NCBI RefSeq assembly: GCF_020745735.1
Contig: NC_083447.1
Coordinates: forward strand, 16,944,035 to 17,008,034
Reading direction: 5' to 3'
Source of the DNA: Hemiscyllium ocellatum
Lineage: Eukaryota
Length of the DNA stretch: 64,000 nt
Part shown: in pieces, positions 40,569-53,115 of the stretch
Layout: each line of letters starts with the position of its first letter
Numbering within the stretch: the stretch's first letter is position 1
Position numbers and translations under genes: made by a program
The notes under the pieces: generated by a model
Database searches by the model: none
What the model was told of the DNA's origin: nothing
Seen by the model: the letters and a program-made list of their open reading frames with translations, nothing else

Positions 40569-40984
40569 CATAGAATCATAAATGCCTAAATTGAGTGTGG
40601 ACGCAGGCCATTCAGCCCATTGAGTCCACACTGCCCCTCCAAAGAGCATCCCTCCCAGCCCCAGCCCCAGCCCCAGCCCCAGCCCCAGCCCCAGCCCCAG
40701 CCCCAGCCCCAGCCCCAGCCCCAGCCCCAGCCCCAGTCCCAGTCCCAGTCCCATAACCCTGGATTCCCCATAACTAATCCACCTAGCCTGCACATCCATG
40801 GACACTATAGGTAATTTAGCAGGGCCAATCCACCTAACCTACACACCTTTGGACTGTGGGAAGAAACCGGAGCACCCAGGGGAAAGCTATGAAGACATGG
40901 GGAGAATGTGCAAACCACTCAAGGCTGGAATCGAACCTGGGTCCCTGGCGTTGTGAGGCAGCAGTGCTAACTACTGAGCCACTG
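40569..40984 (-). mobile_element. HE1-like V-SINE with internal (CCCCAG)n expansion (40653-40752)
   Basis: SINE head, V-domain and tail flank the hexamer array. Confidence 0.88.
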
Positions 40985-41852
40985 AAAATGGAAAAGATGC
41001 AGATTAAAGTTGGCTTTGCAGTGCTCTATCGCCACAGTGTATTGCATTCCAACTCCCACAATTTGAGTTGAGACTAACTGACATCCTCAAAGTTAACACA
41101 GGCACATGGATTGATGAGCCACAGAGAGACTGGTACATAATATTTACTGGTAAACACACTAATGAGGTTAGTATATGCAATGAGCAGAAGATGGTGACCA
41201 GTTATATTCCCAAGCGAATAAGTCAGCGCTTTTTATGCAAATAATTTTTCAGAATGGAAACAGACATTTCATAAAATCCCACCATGGCAGCTGATGAAAG
41301 GGATAATGACAAACCAAAACTAATGTTTGTAGTTTGTTGTGAAAACCCAATGTCCCATGGAGGAATGTGGTGGTACAGTGGGTAGGAGCTGCCTGCGGGC
41401 AGAGAATTGTAGTGAAAACCCTAACTGACCCCTGAAATGGCCCAAAAAAGTCCCTTAGTTCAAGGGCAATTAGGAATAGGCAATAAATGTTGGACCTTTT
41501 CAGCGATGCCCATATCCCATGAAAGAATTTTTTTTTTTTAAAATCTTACTACTTTAAGCAAGTTGTAGTGAGGTCAGCCAGGTGCGCCTAATAGAAGAGG
41601 AATTTCCTGACTGGGGCTGTTAACCTGATCCAATCAGGGAGCCCTGGCTGACAGAGATAAACAGGAGGATCAAAGATTCTGTTCACTCTGAGAGCACCAA
41701 CCCAGGTCAAGTACTATGCCCATGTAAATAAAGGGTGACTTGGTGACAGGATGCTGGCCTCTGTGGAAGTATTTAACGAACCCTCTGCACAATTCTGCCA
41801 CTCACTCCTTCTCTGAGAGAGATTGCTAACGAGGTCCAGAGCTTTCGGTATA

Positions 41853-42174
41853 CATAGAATCCCTACAGACTGGAAACAGGCCCTTTGGCCGAACGAGTCC
41901 ACACCAACCCTCAAAGAGTAACCCACCTAGACCCATTCCTTTACCCTATTATCTTAAATTTACCCCAGACTAATACATCTAACCTACACACCCCCATGGC
42001 CAATCCACCCTAATCTGCACATCTTTAGACTGTGGGAGGAAACCAGAGCACCCGAAGGAAACCCACATGGACATGGGGAGAATGTGCAAACTCCACACAG
42101 ACAGTCGCCTGAGGCTGGAATTGAGCCCGGGTCTCTGCCGCTGTGAGGCAGAGGTGCTAACCACTGAGCCACCC
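41853..42174 (-). mobile_element. HE1-like V-SINE
   Basis: Full-length reverse-complement copy. Confidence 0.9.
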
Positions 42175-43280
42175 ATTTGTCCCCCTTTCCCTTGAAAGGT
42201 TGCTGCCCATTCTTCTCAGCTAATTCCACGTGAGGCAAGTTATGGGGGAAGTAGTGTAGGGTATGCCTGGGGTTCCCAGGTGGTTCCAAAGATATGCTTA
42301 GGAGGAGGTGTCTCCCTGCACCCATAAATCAGAACTATTACAACAGGGAGTGCTCGAGGCAGCTAGGGCTGACTGTCCTGCTCTTGCTAATAATGGTCCC
42401 AGGACAAGACGAGACCTCCAAGGTCATTCCTTCTTTGTGACTCAGTTGCTTCTGATTTAGAATATTAGTTCAGTTCTGGGCACTGCTCAGGAAGGATATA
42501 ATGATCTTGGAAGAGACAAAGTGTAGATTCACTCGAACTATCCCAAGCATTAAATTCTAAGAGTGATGTCGTATGGTTCGTTTCATCTGTGTGTGATTAT
42601 GTTAGTCTGAGAATTGATCCTTAACCACTTGTTTGATTGCTTAAGCCTATGGATGGAGCGAGGGAGTTAAATACTGACCCCAGACTGGGAATATATCACT
42701 CCAAGATGGCGGTAGTGGAGTTGCAGCGTATTGAACCCAGGGTTTGTCTAGATCTATCTGCTTTTTTTTTTGTGTTTTGCTTTTGCTTTTCCTTTCTGTT
42801 TTTTTTTCTTTCAAGTCTTTTATCTTTCCTCCTGGGTTGCAGTGGCATTGGGGAGAGCAGGCCCCACGCAGAATGGCAGAAGAACATGGCAGCACAGGCC
42901 TGAGGAGTGGCGGGATCGAGTCAATGTTAAAGGAGGAGGTATCTGGTGATGGCGGCGGACACGGCTCTATCCCAGCCTGCGGTCTCCCAGCGAGCAAGGA
43001 GCAGATCCCAGGCTTAATACCTCCCCCACCACAGTTCAAACTGACAGGCTGAGCCAAGGCTCCAGATCTGCAGCTAGGCCCGGGCGTCTGATGGCTGAGG
43101 CAGCGGAGGCAGCGAGGCAGAGTCCTAGCACAAGATTCTGTGGCGTCGATGGCAGATGCATTGGGTGAGGTTGGTTTAGCATGAACTCATGGAGGCTGCA
43201 GTGTTGGTGGAGGCAAGATAGTGCCAGAGAATGGTGATGACTCTTGTTTCCAGCGGTGTGGCACTGCATGCCAATGAGGG

Positions 43281-43830
43281 CATCAGAAAGTAGCCTATTC
43301 CCAACTTGACCACCGAAGATAAGGAATGAACCAATAGAAGTGTTGATAGTGATACGAGGCTAAATCAAGAGCCACCATTCTCTTGGGTGGGCCAAACAGG
43401 GAATGAACATTAAAAATCAAGTCCGAGGTGATGTCAGGAAGCACTTCTTCACACAAAGAGCAGTGAAACTCCAGAACTGGCTTTCCCAAAAAAGCTATTG
43501 AGGCCTGGGGGAGTGGACGGTATTTTGTTTAATTCAAAGTTTTGAAACCAATATTGATAAATATTTGCCAGACAGGTACTTTTAGAGTTATGGAGCCACG
43601 GTAAGTAAATAGAGTTGAGATGCAGATCATCTGTGAAATCATTGAATTCAGGAAGGCTTTTGGGGCCCAATGACCTCTTCCTACTTCTCAGGGAATTTTA
43701 ATGTTAATTCCCTGTTTGGCCCACCCAAGAGAATGGTGGCTCTTGATTTAGCCTCGTATCACTATCAACACTTCCATTGGTTCAGTCCTTATCTTCGGGA
43801 CTCAAGTTGGGAATAGGCTACTTTCTGATG
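43281..43830. repeat. 135-bp inverted repeat pair flanking a CR1 3' fragment
   Basis: 43281-43415 vs 43696-43830, about 6 mismatches by eye. Confidence 0.92.
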
Positions 43831-44178
43831 TGTAAAATGAGTTTGTACACACTGATATCCAGTGGGAACTTCACATAGATATCGCAGAATTGTAACAACA
43901 TGGAAGATCATTTGACCCATCATGCTTTGTATTGTCAAGTGCCAATGCCCTGCCTATTACCCATCTCTGCATATCATCTCTGTTCCAATATCCATCCAAT
44001 GCCCCTCTTGAAAGCCTCAACTGAACCTGCCTCCAACACATTTCCAGGCACCACATTCCATAATCACTCGCTATGTGAAAACATTTTACTTCTTTAGGAC
44101 ATCATTTTAAATCTATGAACTCTCATTCTCGTTCCTTTTGCAAGTGGGAACAGCTTCTCCCTATTCACTTTATTCAGG

Positions 44179-44551
44179 TGTGCAAAGTTAAAAATCACAC
44201 AACACCAGGTTATAGTCCAACAGGTTTATTTGGAAGCACTAGCTTTCAGAGCGCTGCTCCTTCATCAGGTGGTTGTGGACTTTAAGATCGTAAGACACAG
44301 AATTCATGGCAAAAGTTTACAATGTTCTGGGATTTACATATGAAAGAACTGAAACCAACATGGTCATTCTAAAAGATGAGAGACTCAACAAACAATCCAG
44401 GTCTTTTTCAATGTATAATTTCAGTTACATCACACTGTCAATGTTTGCTATAAATGCTGTGTCTTACACTCTTATTCTCCACAACCACCTGATGAAGGAG
44501 CAGTGCTCTGAAAGCTAGTGGATCCAAATGAACCTGTTGGACCATAACCCA
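44179..44551. mobile_element. Penelope-derived inverted element (family B) with hammerheads at 44237-44271 (-) and 44485-44521 (+), inserted in CR1
   Basis: CCAC-CTGATGA-A-GGAGC-AGT-GCTCT-GAAA-GCTA-GTGG and its inverted partner; CR1 sequence resumes on both sides. Confidence 0.85.
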
Positions 44552-45300
44552 CTCATGATTTTGTAAAACTCGATCAGATCTCCTCCCAGCCTCTTCACGC
44601 CAAGAAGAACATTCTTGTAAATTGCTTCTGCAGTCTCTCTCCAATGCATCTGCATCCTTCCTATCGTCTGGTGTAACAACATTAATCCGGGGTGGGAATT
44701 CTCAGTGATATTTAATGTACTATATTTGAAGGGTTCTAAGCATATCAGTGGTATCTCACTGACTGTGTATGTCACAACCAGCAGACTCGGGCACAGATCA
44801 GTGTCAATTCGGAAACCCCTGATGTGCTTGGCTCTGTTGCCCATCGCCAATGCCAGCTGGGGCTCAGTGAATGATGCACTGCCATCTACATTGTGATGGT
44901 TGTAGCTTCAACTCCTGCGCTGGAGACTTCAATACAAATTCTACACTGATACTAGAGTGCAATATTGTAGCATTGGCTGAAATGACATCTTTTCAAAAGA
45001 TACCTTAAAATGAGGCTCTGGACTCGCTGGTGGATAAAAGATTTTTTTCACTCAATCTAGGGAAGATCTGGGCAATATCTTTCCATCACTAAAGTAGACT
45101 ATCAGGAAATTTATTTTATTGTTGGTTTCGGGAGTTTTCTGCCTCCAAATTGGCTGCATCTACATTAATATAGTGAGTATAATTACAAGCTGACTGTGAA
45201 GCATTTGTGAAAACCACAATAAGAGCATAAGACAGAGGAGTGGAAGAAGGCCACTTGGCCCATTGAGCCTGTTCCATCATTCAATAATCCTTAAATGATT

Positions 45301-45985
45301 TGTTATGAAGATGTGGGTGTACTTTAAGTGAGAGAAACACAACAGAACTACCAGCCACAGCACCAAGTGTTCTCAATAAGGTAACAATGGAACACTTGGT
45401 CAAACAACTTGATTAGTTCATTGCCTGGAGACAAAAACAAATCTGAATTCAGCCAATCAGTTTAAATTATACCCCGAAAAATACCAAACTCCAATCCAGT
45501 TTGAATTGAGTATATTGACTATCTTAAGAGCCAATGACACAATCCGATGTTTTGGGGGTATAAGACCGGGGAAAATTGAACAATTGAGAGGAGAACTGAC
45601 AAGCTCAGTATGTAAACAGACTGCCTGAAAATAGCGCTCTTAAAAGATATCTTTTCAATCAGTAACCGGTGATGCAGAAATTCCTAAGAAGAAGAAAAGA
45701 AGACACAGGAAGATCCAAATAGAAACACGAAAGCTCCCTGGTTTTGAGATAAGAAGGGTGGTTTTGTAAATCTTAATTGGGAGTCTTATCAGACTAGTAT
45801 TATAAAAGGGAAGGTAAATAATGATTAGTTAATTATTCTCTGGTATACTTTAAGAATTAAAGTTGTTAATTTTTATCTTTAAAAGTTCTTGGCCACTCGG
45901 ATTTTCACAGATTACTGCACGGGGTAAATCTTTCTTCTGTTGCTGGTTTTAAATTAAGCAGGAGGGTTTACCCCGTGTTGTAACA
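45301..45985 (+). mobile_element. Solo LTR
   Basis: TGTTA...TAACA termini; 4-bp duplication GATT (45297-45300, 45986-45989). Confidence 0.85.
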
Positions 45986-46044
45986 GATTGTATCTCTGCA
46001 TTTATGGCCAGATTTTAAGGCGCACACGTCTTCCTCTTTTCCAG

Positions 46045-46153
46045 CCATACCTTTGAAAATCTGATGCTAATGGTCATGGACGATGATGATGATCAGATGG
46101 GAAGTGCTGCACAGGGAATAACTGAGCTGCACCCTTCTCAAACACACCCCTGA
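46045..46153 (+). CDS. Unannotated gene last coding exon (SHTFENLMLMVMDDDDDQMGSAAQGITELHPSQTHP*)
   Basis: ttcctcttttccag|, phase 2, TGA at 46151-46153; donor AAG|gtaaca after 46176. Confidence 0.7.
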
Positions 46154-46661
46154 TGAATCCCGCCTCAGGGTGAAAGGTAACAGTGCTGCCGGATAATGCT
46201 AAACATTGAAACATTTCTTTCTTTTGAAATGTAAATTAAAATGGTGTTCGAACAGAGTGACTGCCTATCACCCTCAAATGATCCCTGTATAAGCACAGAC
46301 ACCATCTGTGACAATCCAGACCAATGGGAGCATCTGAGTCTGCATGGGCCCTTACACTGACAGGCCGGGGCTGGGGAGGCTGGGGTTTGAAGGGCGGGTG
46401 AGTTGCTGGAATGAACAGGCATAGGGAGGCTGAGTGGATGGACGCTCAAGGGCACTGGGGTGACGACTAGGCCAGGGAGCCTGGTCAGGAGGCTGGTGAT
46501 GAGCTGAGCCTAGGTGTGGGTGCCTGGAAGACTGGAGTTGAGGTGGGGGATAGGGGAGTGCTGGGACGAGGGGGAGGTGGCTGTGGAAGCTGGGGCTGAT
46601 GAAGTGGAGCTGTTCCCCTCTCTTGAGTTGGTCTACTCAATCACTGGCCCACAGGTCAGAG

Positions 46662-46978
46662 GACGCAACATTGAGTTCTCCAATTTCAAATAACCTCCCT
46701 TCCCATTCCCGACTCCCTTCCCAGCCCTCCTCATCCCTTCCACTCCTCCCAGCCACCTACCGGACTCATTGCTCTCATTGGCCAACCACATCATACCCTC
46801 TACCTGTCTTCACCTAACCCCACTTCACCACCCTGTCCCCTGCCAGCCCCTTTATCTGCAGCTCCCCCTAACACCCACCCCAAGTCCGAAGAAGGATTAC
46901 ACTCGAAACGTCGAGCTCTCCACCTCCTGATGCTGTCTGGCTTGCTGTGTTTTCCAGCCTCCTACTTGTCTGCTTTGG
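46662..46978 (+). mobile_element. Penelope-like 3' UTR fragment with decayed hammerhead (46883-46916)
   Basis: AGTC-CGAAGA-AGGATTACACTC-GAAAC-GTC-GAG; tail resembles family A. Confidence 0.65.
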
Positions 46979-47382
46979 GGGACTGGTAATCTGGCTGTTG
47001 GCATAGAATATACACATGGTCTTTTGTTTAACTCATGCATGTTGGCCCCATATAGTGTTTTGTTTGTGAGGAAATGTTGAACTGCTATTTTACACGTGCC
47101 AATATGTTCTGGTGCCTGTCTGGTTTACAATTGGCTGGGCATGAGTGTTGCAAGGACCTGTCTCGAGGAATTCAAGAAATGTCTCTACGCGTCTGTACGT
47201 GTTGGCTAAAGCATTCCCAGCATTCCTTGCTTTTCGGCTAATTTCTGTGCCCTGATAATTTCAGTTGTTGTGCTTGCATTTCTCGATTTCCATTTTTTTT
47301 TAATGAAGTTTGTTTTACTTGTGAAGTCACAGGCTGCTGCAGAAGAGTCGCTGTCGTAAAGTTGCAAAATGGTTTTGTAGGT

Positions 47383-47600
47383 ACAATAGACCCCCCCGGT
47401 ACCCATGGTCATACATTCCAAGACCTACCGCAGAAGCCCAAAACCATGGATAGGAGTGAACCCATTCATGTCAATGGGAAATAAACCTTCCTGTCAGCTT
47501 CCTGATCCCAGGTTCCTTATAATATGTTCAGGGCATGGTAATCCATGGGTAACTGAAACTGCGGAAAATGATTCCATGGATATGGGATTTGCCACCTACG
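47383..47600. mobile_element. Degenerate MER2/Tigger-like MITE
   Basis: caatagacccccccggtacccatgg ... ccatggatatggg imperfect TIRs. Confidence 0.55.
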
Positions 47601-47888
47601 TTAGAGTTGTGTTAGAGTTATCTTAAGTTATGTAAGCTAAAAGCTGGAAGGATTGAGCAGCAGAGTTGATCTGGAGCAGGAGTCCCAGGATCGATGTGAA
47701 GGACAAGCTGAAGTGGGCGTGCTGGCACGGGGGCACACAGACACAAAATGGCCACTGAGCCATAAGTTGGTCACTTAGCACACAAGATGGCCGCTGAGCC
47801 ATTACATGGAAAAGTACAGTGAAGCATACACAGATACTGCCTGAGGCCAACAGGATACCAGCACAATAGACACAGAACATCGATAATT

Positions 47889-48259
47889 TGTAAGGGAGTG
47901 GGGGAGCAAATACACATTAGTAACATCTATTGCCCACTGAGGTGTCTGAGTCCAGCCACAACCCTCAATAGGAACGTTAACTACCTGAGACTGCTGGTAT
48001 ACAAGTGTTAATACCTTTGGTTTGCAGTAATGGAAAACCACCTCGCTTCTCAGGAAGAATGATCACGACCAATTACTGCAGCAAGGGACTTCCGTGTAGC
48101 TGCTGAAACTGACAATGACTCTGTAATGTTTTCTGTAAACAAACCATGCTGCACAAACAAAGACTCGATATCTGGACCATTATACTGTAAAATGTATAAA
48201 TATCGTGACCTGTGCTCCGAGGGTGAGAGAAGGCTCCCAGCTGACAGCTGTGCTGCCGC

Positions 48260-48302
<43 letters not shown>

Positions 48303-48384
48303 TGGAGCTCTGGTTTCTTTGTCCAATAAACTCTGTCGATTAACCCTGACTCTGACTCCGAGACTGGTGATGTTCCCCACAACA
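47889..48384 (+). mobile_element. Possible solo LTR with (TC)n
   Basis: TGTAA...CAACA, TATAAA and AATAAA in the expected order; no matching duplication found. Confidence 0.4.
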
Positions 48385-49139
48385 AAGCCAATGTGCATCC
48401 TACCGTTCCTTGATGACTGAACTGTTCAGTATCAAACCTCATGCCCAATAAACATGATTAGTGTTTATTCTGAGTTAGATATTGCCCTTTTTGACAAGAT
48501 GGCTACCCCCGAACAAGAACGTTCAGGGTTCACATTAGAGTCCGAGTCCACATTGCAAAACCACAGCTTTCCATGTTCACGTTGTGAGGAAAATGGATGG
48601 TGACTCCAGGTAGATTAGGATAGACTGAGTGAATGGGCGGGAATGGCTGATGGAATGTAATATTATCCCGTTTTCACTGGAAGAACAGATGTGCCGGGTA
48701 TATCTTAAACGGTGAAAGGTTGAAAGGCGTAGATGCATCAAGAAAGCGAGGGGCCCTGGTCAGTGAGTCACTGAAGTAGGAACAGCACTTTGTAAGTACA
48801 CGGTGATGAACCTGTTGCTGTTTTCAGTCCCTTCCCTTCATTGCTGTCAGATGGAAAACACACCCTGGAAGGGGTGAGACTGATGGCAGAGCAGAGGCAG
48901 TCGCTAAATTAGGAAGTTGAGGATAATCTTGTTAACTGCCTATTGGCAGGGTCAAAGGTCACATTGACCGAAGCTGAGTTGCAGGACACTGTGCTGAATT
49001 GACAGTGAGGTCATGGTACGCTCAAGAAGGTAACTAGATATAGAAGAGTTTAAGGATGGGAGAAGATGGCCGAAAAGCGAAGAAACCGAGAATTTAAAAA
49101 AACACAATTATCAATGCTGATCCTTTGTAGATGCTGATA

Positions 49140-49145
49140 TTTATT
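49140..49145 (-). terminator. Candidate polyadenylation signal of the olfactomedin gene
   Basis: TTTATT on + is AATAAA on -, about 525 nt after the stop. Confidence 0.55.
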
Positions 49146-49669
49146 ATTAAATTTGTTAAGAATTCCAGAAACATCCAAACCATTATATCTGGCAATTGAC
49201 AGATTCAAGGAAGACAGAAAATGAATGAACGCACTAATCAGGAATGAGTTTCCCACCAATGGCATGTGATCCAGCTTGGATTATCATCCCAGATATTAAA
49301 TGAACCGTCACATCCAGAATTAATCACGCAGACAGAATGTTACCATTGTTCTAGAGATAAACCTCTTCACATTGACACGGTGTCACTTGAGAGTGTTAGT
49401 TACCTGAAAGCTCAGTTCAAATACAGCTCCACACAAGACCTGGCCTAACCCCTGAATGTTCATTGGTCAACTGGAATTTCACCAAGTCTGGGTTCAGTTA
49501 TTTACACCAAAGCTGTATACTGTGACAGTCACTTTCAGCTGGAACTGAGTTTGAAACCTGAGATAAATCTAACCTGAGATTCAAGCACAAACATTCCTCA
49601 AAGGATTTACAGCCCCCCACCCCACCATTATTTCCAGACCTAGTTGCTTGATTGTTAATTGCTAATTAC

Positions 49670-50502
49670 TCAATTGGCAATCCCACTGTTGCTCACTGGT
49701 GGTTCACGTCTGAAGATCACATCATAAGTCAACTGGTAGCCATCATTGTACACGTAGAGTTTGTGATTGGTTGGATTGTAGTTAACACTTGGCAGTTTTT
49801 CCAGGATCTTATCCATTGTTATAGAAATTGACTCTTCCTTCCCAGTTTTGGTGTCAAATGCATAGAAAATTTCCTCAGACTGTGGTTGCACAGGCCGAAT
49901 TGCATACAGAACCCCACATATTATAAAAGTATTGGACACACTAGGTTTGTAAAGCTTGGTGACCCATGTCTTTTCCACAGTGAAGGTGGCCTCATTAATC
50001 TTACCAATAACAGCATTCCCGGCATTTGCTTCAGGGCAGTAAATGACCCAAAGGCCAGATTCATCCACAGCAAAGTCTATGTCTTGGTATGTGACGCCCA
50101 CATAAGAATACTTGTTATTGTAAGCTGCATCTTTAAGAGTCTGGCTCTGTACTCTGCCTGTGTCTATGTGATACCTGCACATGTCTCTGGTATTGTAACA
50201 GTTGTAATACAAGAAATTATCGTACAAAACCATTCCACTTCCCTGTGCTATGAATGAACTTGGAAATGATTTGGTTATTCCATTTTTGTTAAGTAGCATA
50301 TCATTAAGTGAATAATAGACAATGAAGGAATACAGTGTTCGTGCATCTGTGTAGAGTGGTGCCACCCAATATAGCTCCTTTTTATCAGGGGGTGGAATTG
50401 AATCTTTGCCCCATGCTCCATATCGATAACCAAATCCATTATAGTTCAGTTGTATTACGGTAGGTTCGCTCAATTGGAGAAGGCCATTATGATCACAGCT
50501 TC
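49670..50502 (-). CDS. OLFM4: Olfactomedin-4-like exon 5 (OLF domain)
   Basis: GSCDHNGLLQLSEP...YGAWGKD...GSGMVLY...DIDFAVDESGLWVIY...FIICGVLY...YNPTNHKLYVYNDG; acceptor cag at 50505-50503. Confidence 0.95.
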
Positions 50503-51299
50503 CTGTTTGGGGGGAGAGAAATGTAAGCTCCAGTTTACCTTAGGGGAGTCACATTTTTCAAATTCAACTTCTGACCATTATAATGAAATCATTGAAGTCA
50601 TATACTGGCACAGATCTCCCAGTCTGGTCAGGGACTAACCCTTCCCTAGAAAAATGTGCTAACGGAATGTAAAGATCCCATGGGAATCTCTCAGAGTCTC
50701 CTGTCTTGATCCTACTGCCTACAATGCCCCCGCCACCCTAGCTATCTTGCCCACCTGCCACCCTAGCCATCTTGCCCACCCACCAATTTAGCCACCTTGC
50801 CAGTTGCGATCCTACACACCAGCTGGTCTACCCTCCCTGCCAACCTATAAACCTTATTTCACCAACCCAACCTCTTTACCTCATCTATGTGGCTTTTCAA
50901 TGAAGCCTCAGGGCAATTGATCCTTCCTTACTGGAGTACAGTATCTACTGCTTGGTTTCTTCCCACTCCTGTCTCGAGGATTGATAAACTGAGTTGATTC
51001 TAAAGGATCCTCCATTGGATGAACTCTCCGAAATTGTGGAGGAACTTAAGCATTCATTTATTTGCTGAATCAGAGTCGAAAATAGGATTTCCCAATCTTG
51101 AGGGCAAATCAGAGCCAGTACATCTTGGTTATGTTAAATTGTCTGTTTGTTCTAAACAGAAAAATACTATTTCTACCATTTCGATATGTTGAATATTTAT
51201 CATACTTTTTAGCTTCCTTATAAATTCGGAAACATGGATGAATTCTGAGTTCCATCTTGACAGTGGTTTCATTATATTGTGTGACTATTAAATACTCAC

Positions 51300-51450
51300 C
51301 GAAATCAATGGGAGGAAGGGTTGGTGGGGCTTGATTCTTCTCACAGTCAGCGAGCTGTTTCTTCAGCAGAGTAATTTCTTTGCGTATTGCCAGAGCGTTG
51401 TGTATGTCAAATGATTCCAGCTCATTGACAATACGGGATATATTTATAAT
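51300..51450 (-). CDS. OLFM4: Olfactomedin-4-like exon 4
   Basis: IINISRIVNELESFDIHNALAIRKEI...PPIDFG, 151 nt, cag / gtgagt. Confidence 0.93.
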
Positions 51451-52324
51451 CTGAAATACACAGGGCATTTAAAGAGAGCATTTGGAATGATCAAGATGGA
51501 AGGAGGCCATTCAGCCCTTTTGAGTAGGATTTGCCTTTAAATGAGACTGTAGGTGATCCATATTTCCATGGTCACTTACCAGCACTGATTACTCCTCTTT
51601 AGTGATAATAATCTGTCAAACCTTGGAAATGTTTAGCTGACCCACAACCTCAGCAACATTCTGAAGGAGAGGCCTCCAGACTTTCCCACCTGTTTGTGGA
51701 AAGTGCTCATTGACATGAACCCTGAACAGTCAATCTCCAATTTCAGATTATGGTCCCCTGTTGTGTTCCCCCTTAACCATACACCTGGACTTCTTGATCT
51801 CAACTGTAGGAGGAATTAAATTAAAACAGTCACAACGACGGGAGTCATGCAGTTGTTTGTGTTGTATGAAAACCAACACAATGAGTGCAATCATTCCTAA
51901 AACTCACGCGTGCACATAACGGTTAGTGCTATTTTTATTCTGACCCCCGGCCTTGTGTACATCCCAAATTTTCATTGCTACATCAAACTTTTGAAATTCC
52001 CCCTTAAACTTCATTTATCTCTCTCTAATACCACCTTTTAAGAGGTTCCTTAAACCCTATATCTCATCTTTGTGAATTTCTCTGCTCCTGTGAGGTGTCT
52101 TGGCCTGTTAGACTCCTTCGAAAGTTTTTAATAAAAGCACGTTTGGGAGTCAGAGTTACGTAGCATGGAAGCAGACTCTTTGGTCCAACTGAACCCCTCT
52201 GGTCAGACATCCTAAACTGCTCTCATCCCATTTACCAGCACTTAGCCCATATCCCTGTAAACCCTTCCTATTCATGCACCCATCAAACACATGAAAAGAA
52301 ATATTGGAGTTTGACTCTATCCTG

Positions 52325-52568
52325 GGCTGAAAATGTGTTACTGGTTAAAGCACAGCAGGTTAGGCAGCATCCAAGGAACAGGAAATTCGACGTTTCGGGC
52401 CAGAGCCCTTCATCATCCAACAAACAAGCGTACAGAAGTTCCTGGAGAAGGGCTTATGCCCGAAACATCAAATCTCCTGCTCCTTGGATGCTGCCTGATC
52501 TGCTGCGCTTTTCCAGCAACACATTTTCAGCTCTGATCTCCAGCATCTGCAGACCTCACTTTCTCCTA
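52325..52568. mobile_element. Palindromic family A element (both hammerhead cores mutated)
   Basis: Inverted arms gctgaaaatgtgtt.../...aacacattttcagc. Confidence 0.85.
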
Positions 52569-52905
52569 CAGCAGTTCCCACTTGTACAAGCCTATATTTA
52601 CTTGCATTTGAGGCACTGAGGTGTCTAATAACTGACCAAACTCATTTAATTTGGGCAGAAAGACCTCAGAGAGTGGTCTTTTCCCACCAACCTCCAAGTC
52701 TTCAGGGAAATATGCACCAGCCTATTCAGCCTCTCTATAGCACATATCACCTTCTGTGATGTTGTGACTGAAAACACTCCCCTCCATCAGATCAGATTAA
52801 TTAATCCAGCGTGTTTCTCTGGATATTTGTCAGTGCCCTAACACTGAGCCATTGTAGGATACAGAAATACAAGACAATGAAGAGAGCAATTTGTCTCTTC
52901 CTGAC

Positions 52906-53115
52906 CTCCATGTAGAGCTGATCGATGATGCTGTTGCTGCCATTGAGGGACTGCTTCAGCTGATTGGTGAGTGCCTCCAGCTCTTGGATCTCCAACTTCA
53001 ACAGCTCAAAGTCAAGCTGAGTGTAGCCGTGTTCAGTCTCCATCTTCTCCAGGCGGAGGGTCAGGTTCACCAGCTTGGAGGAGTGCACAGAAACAGCCCT
53101 CGAGTATTCCTGCAC
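52906..53115 (-). CDS. OLFM4: Olfactomedin-4-like exon 3 (coiled coil)
   Basis: VQEYSRAV...YTQLDFELLKLEI...IIDQLYME, 210 nt. Confidence 0.93.

Noticed and set aside
40470-40814. GL/GW/QP dipeptide-repeat ORFs
   Set aside because: (CCCCAG)n microsatellite inside a SINE.
46147-46182. CTGATGA-ATCC...GGGT-GAAA as a hammerhead
   Set aside because: No stem I pairing or stem III palindrome; explained by TGA TGA stops and a splice donor.
49886-50257. 123-aa plus-strand ORF
   Set aside because: Antisense shadow of the olfactomedin exon.
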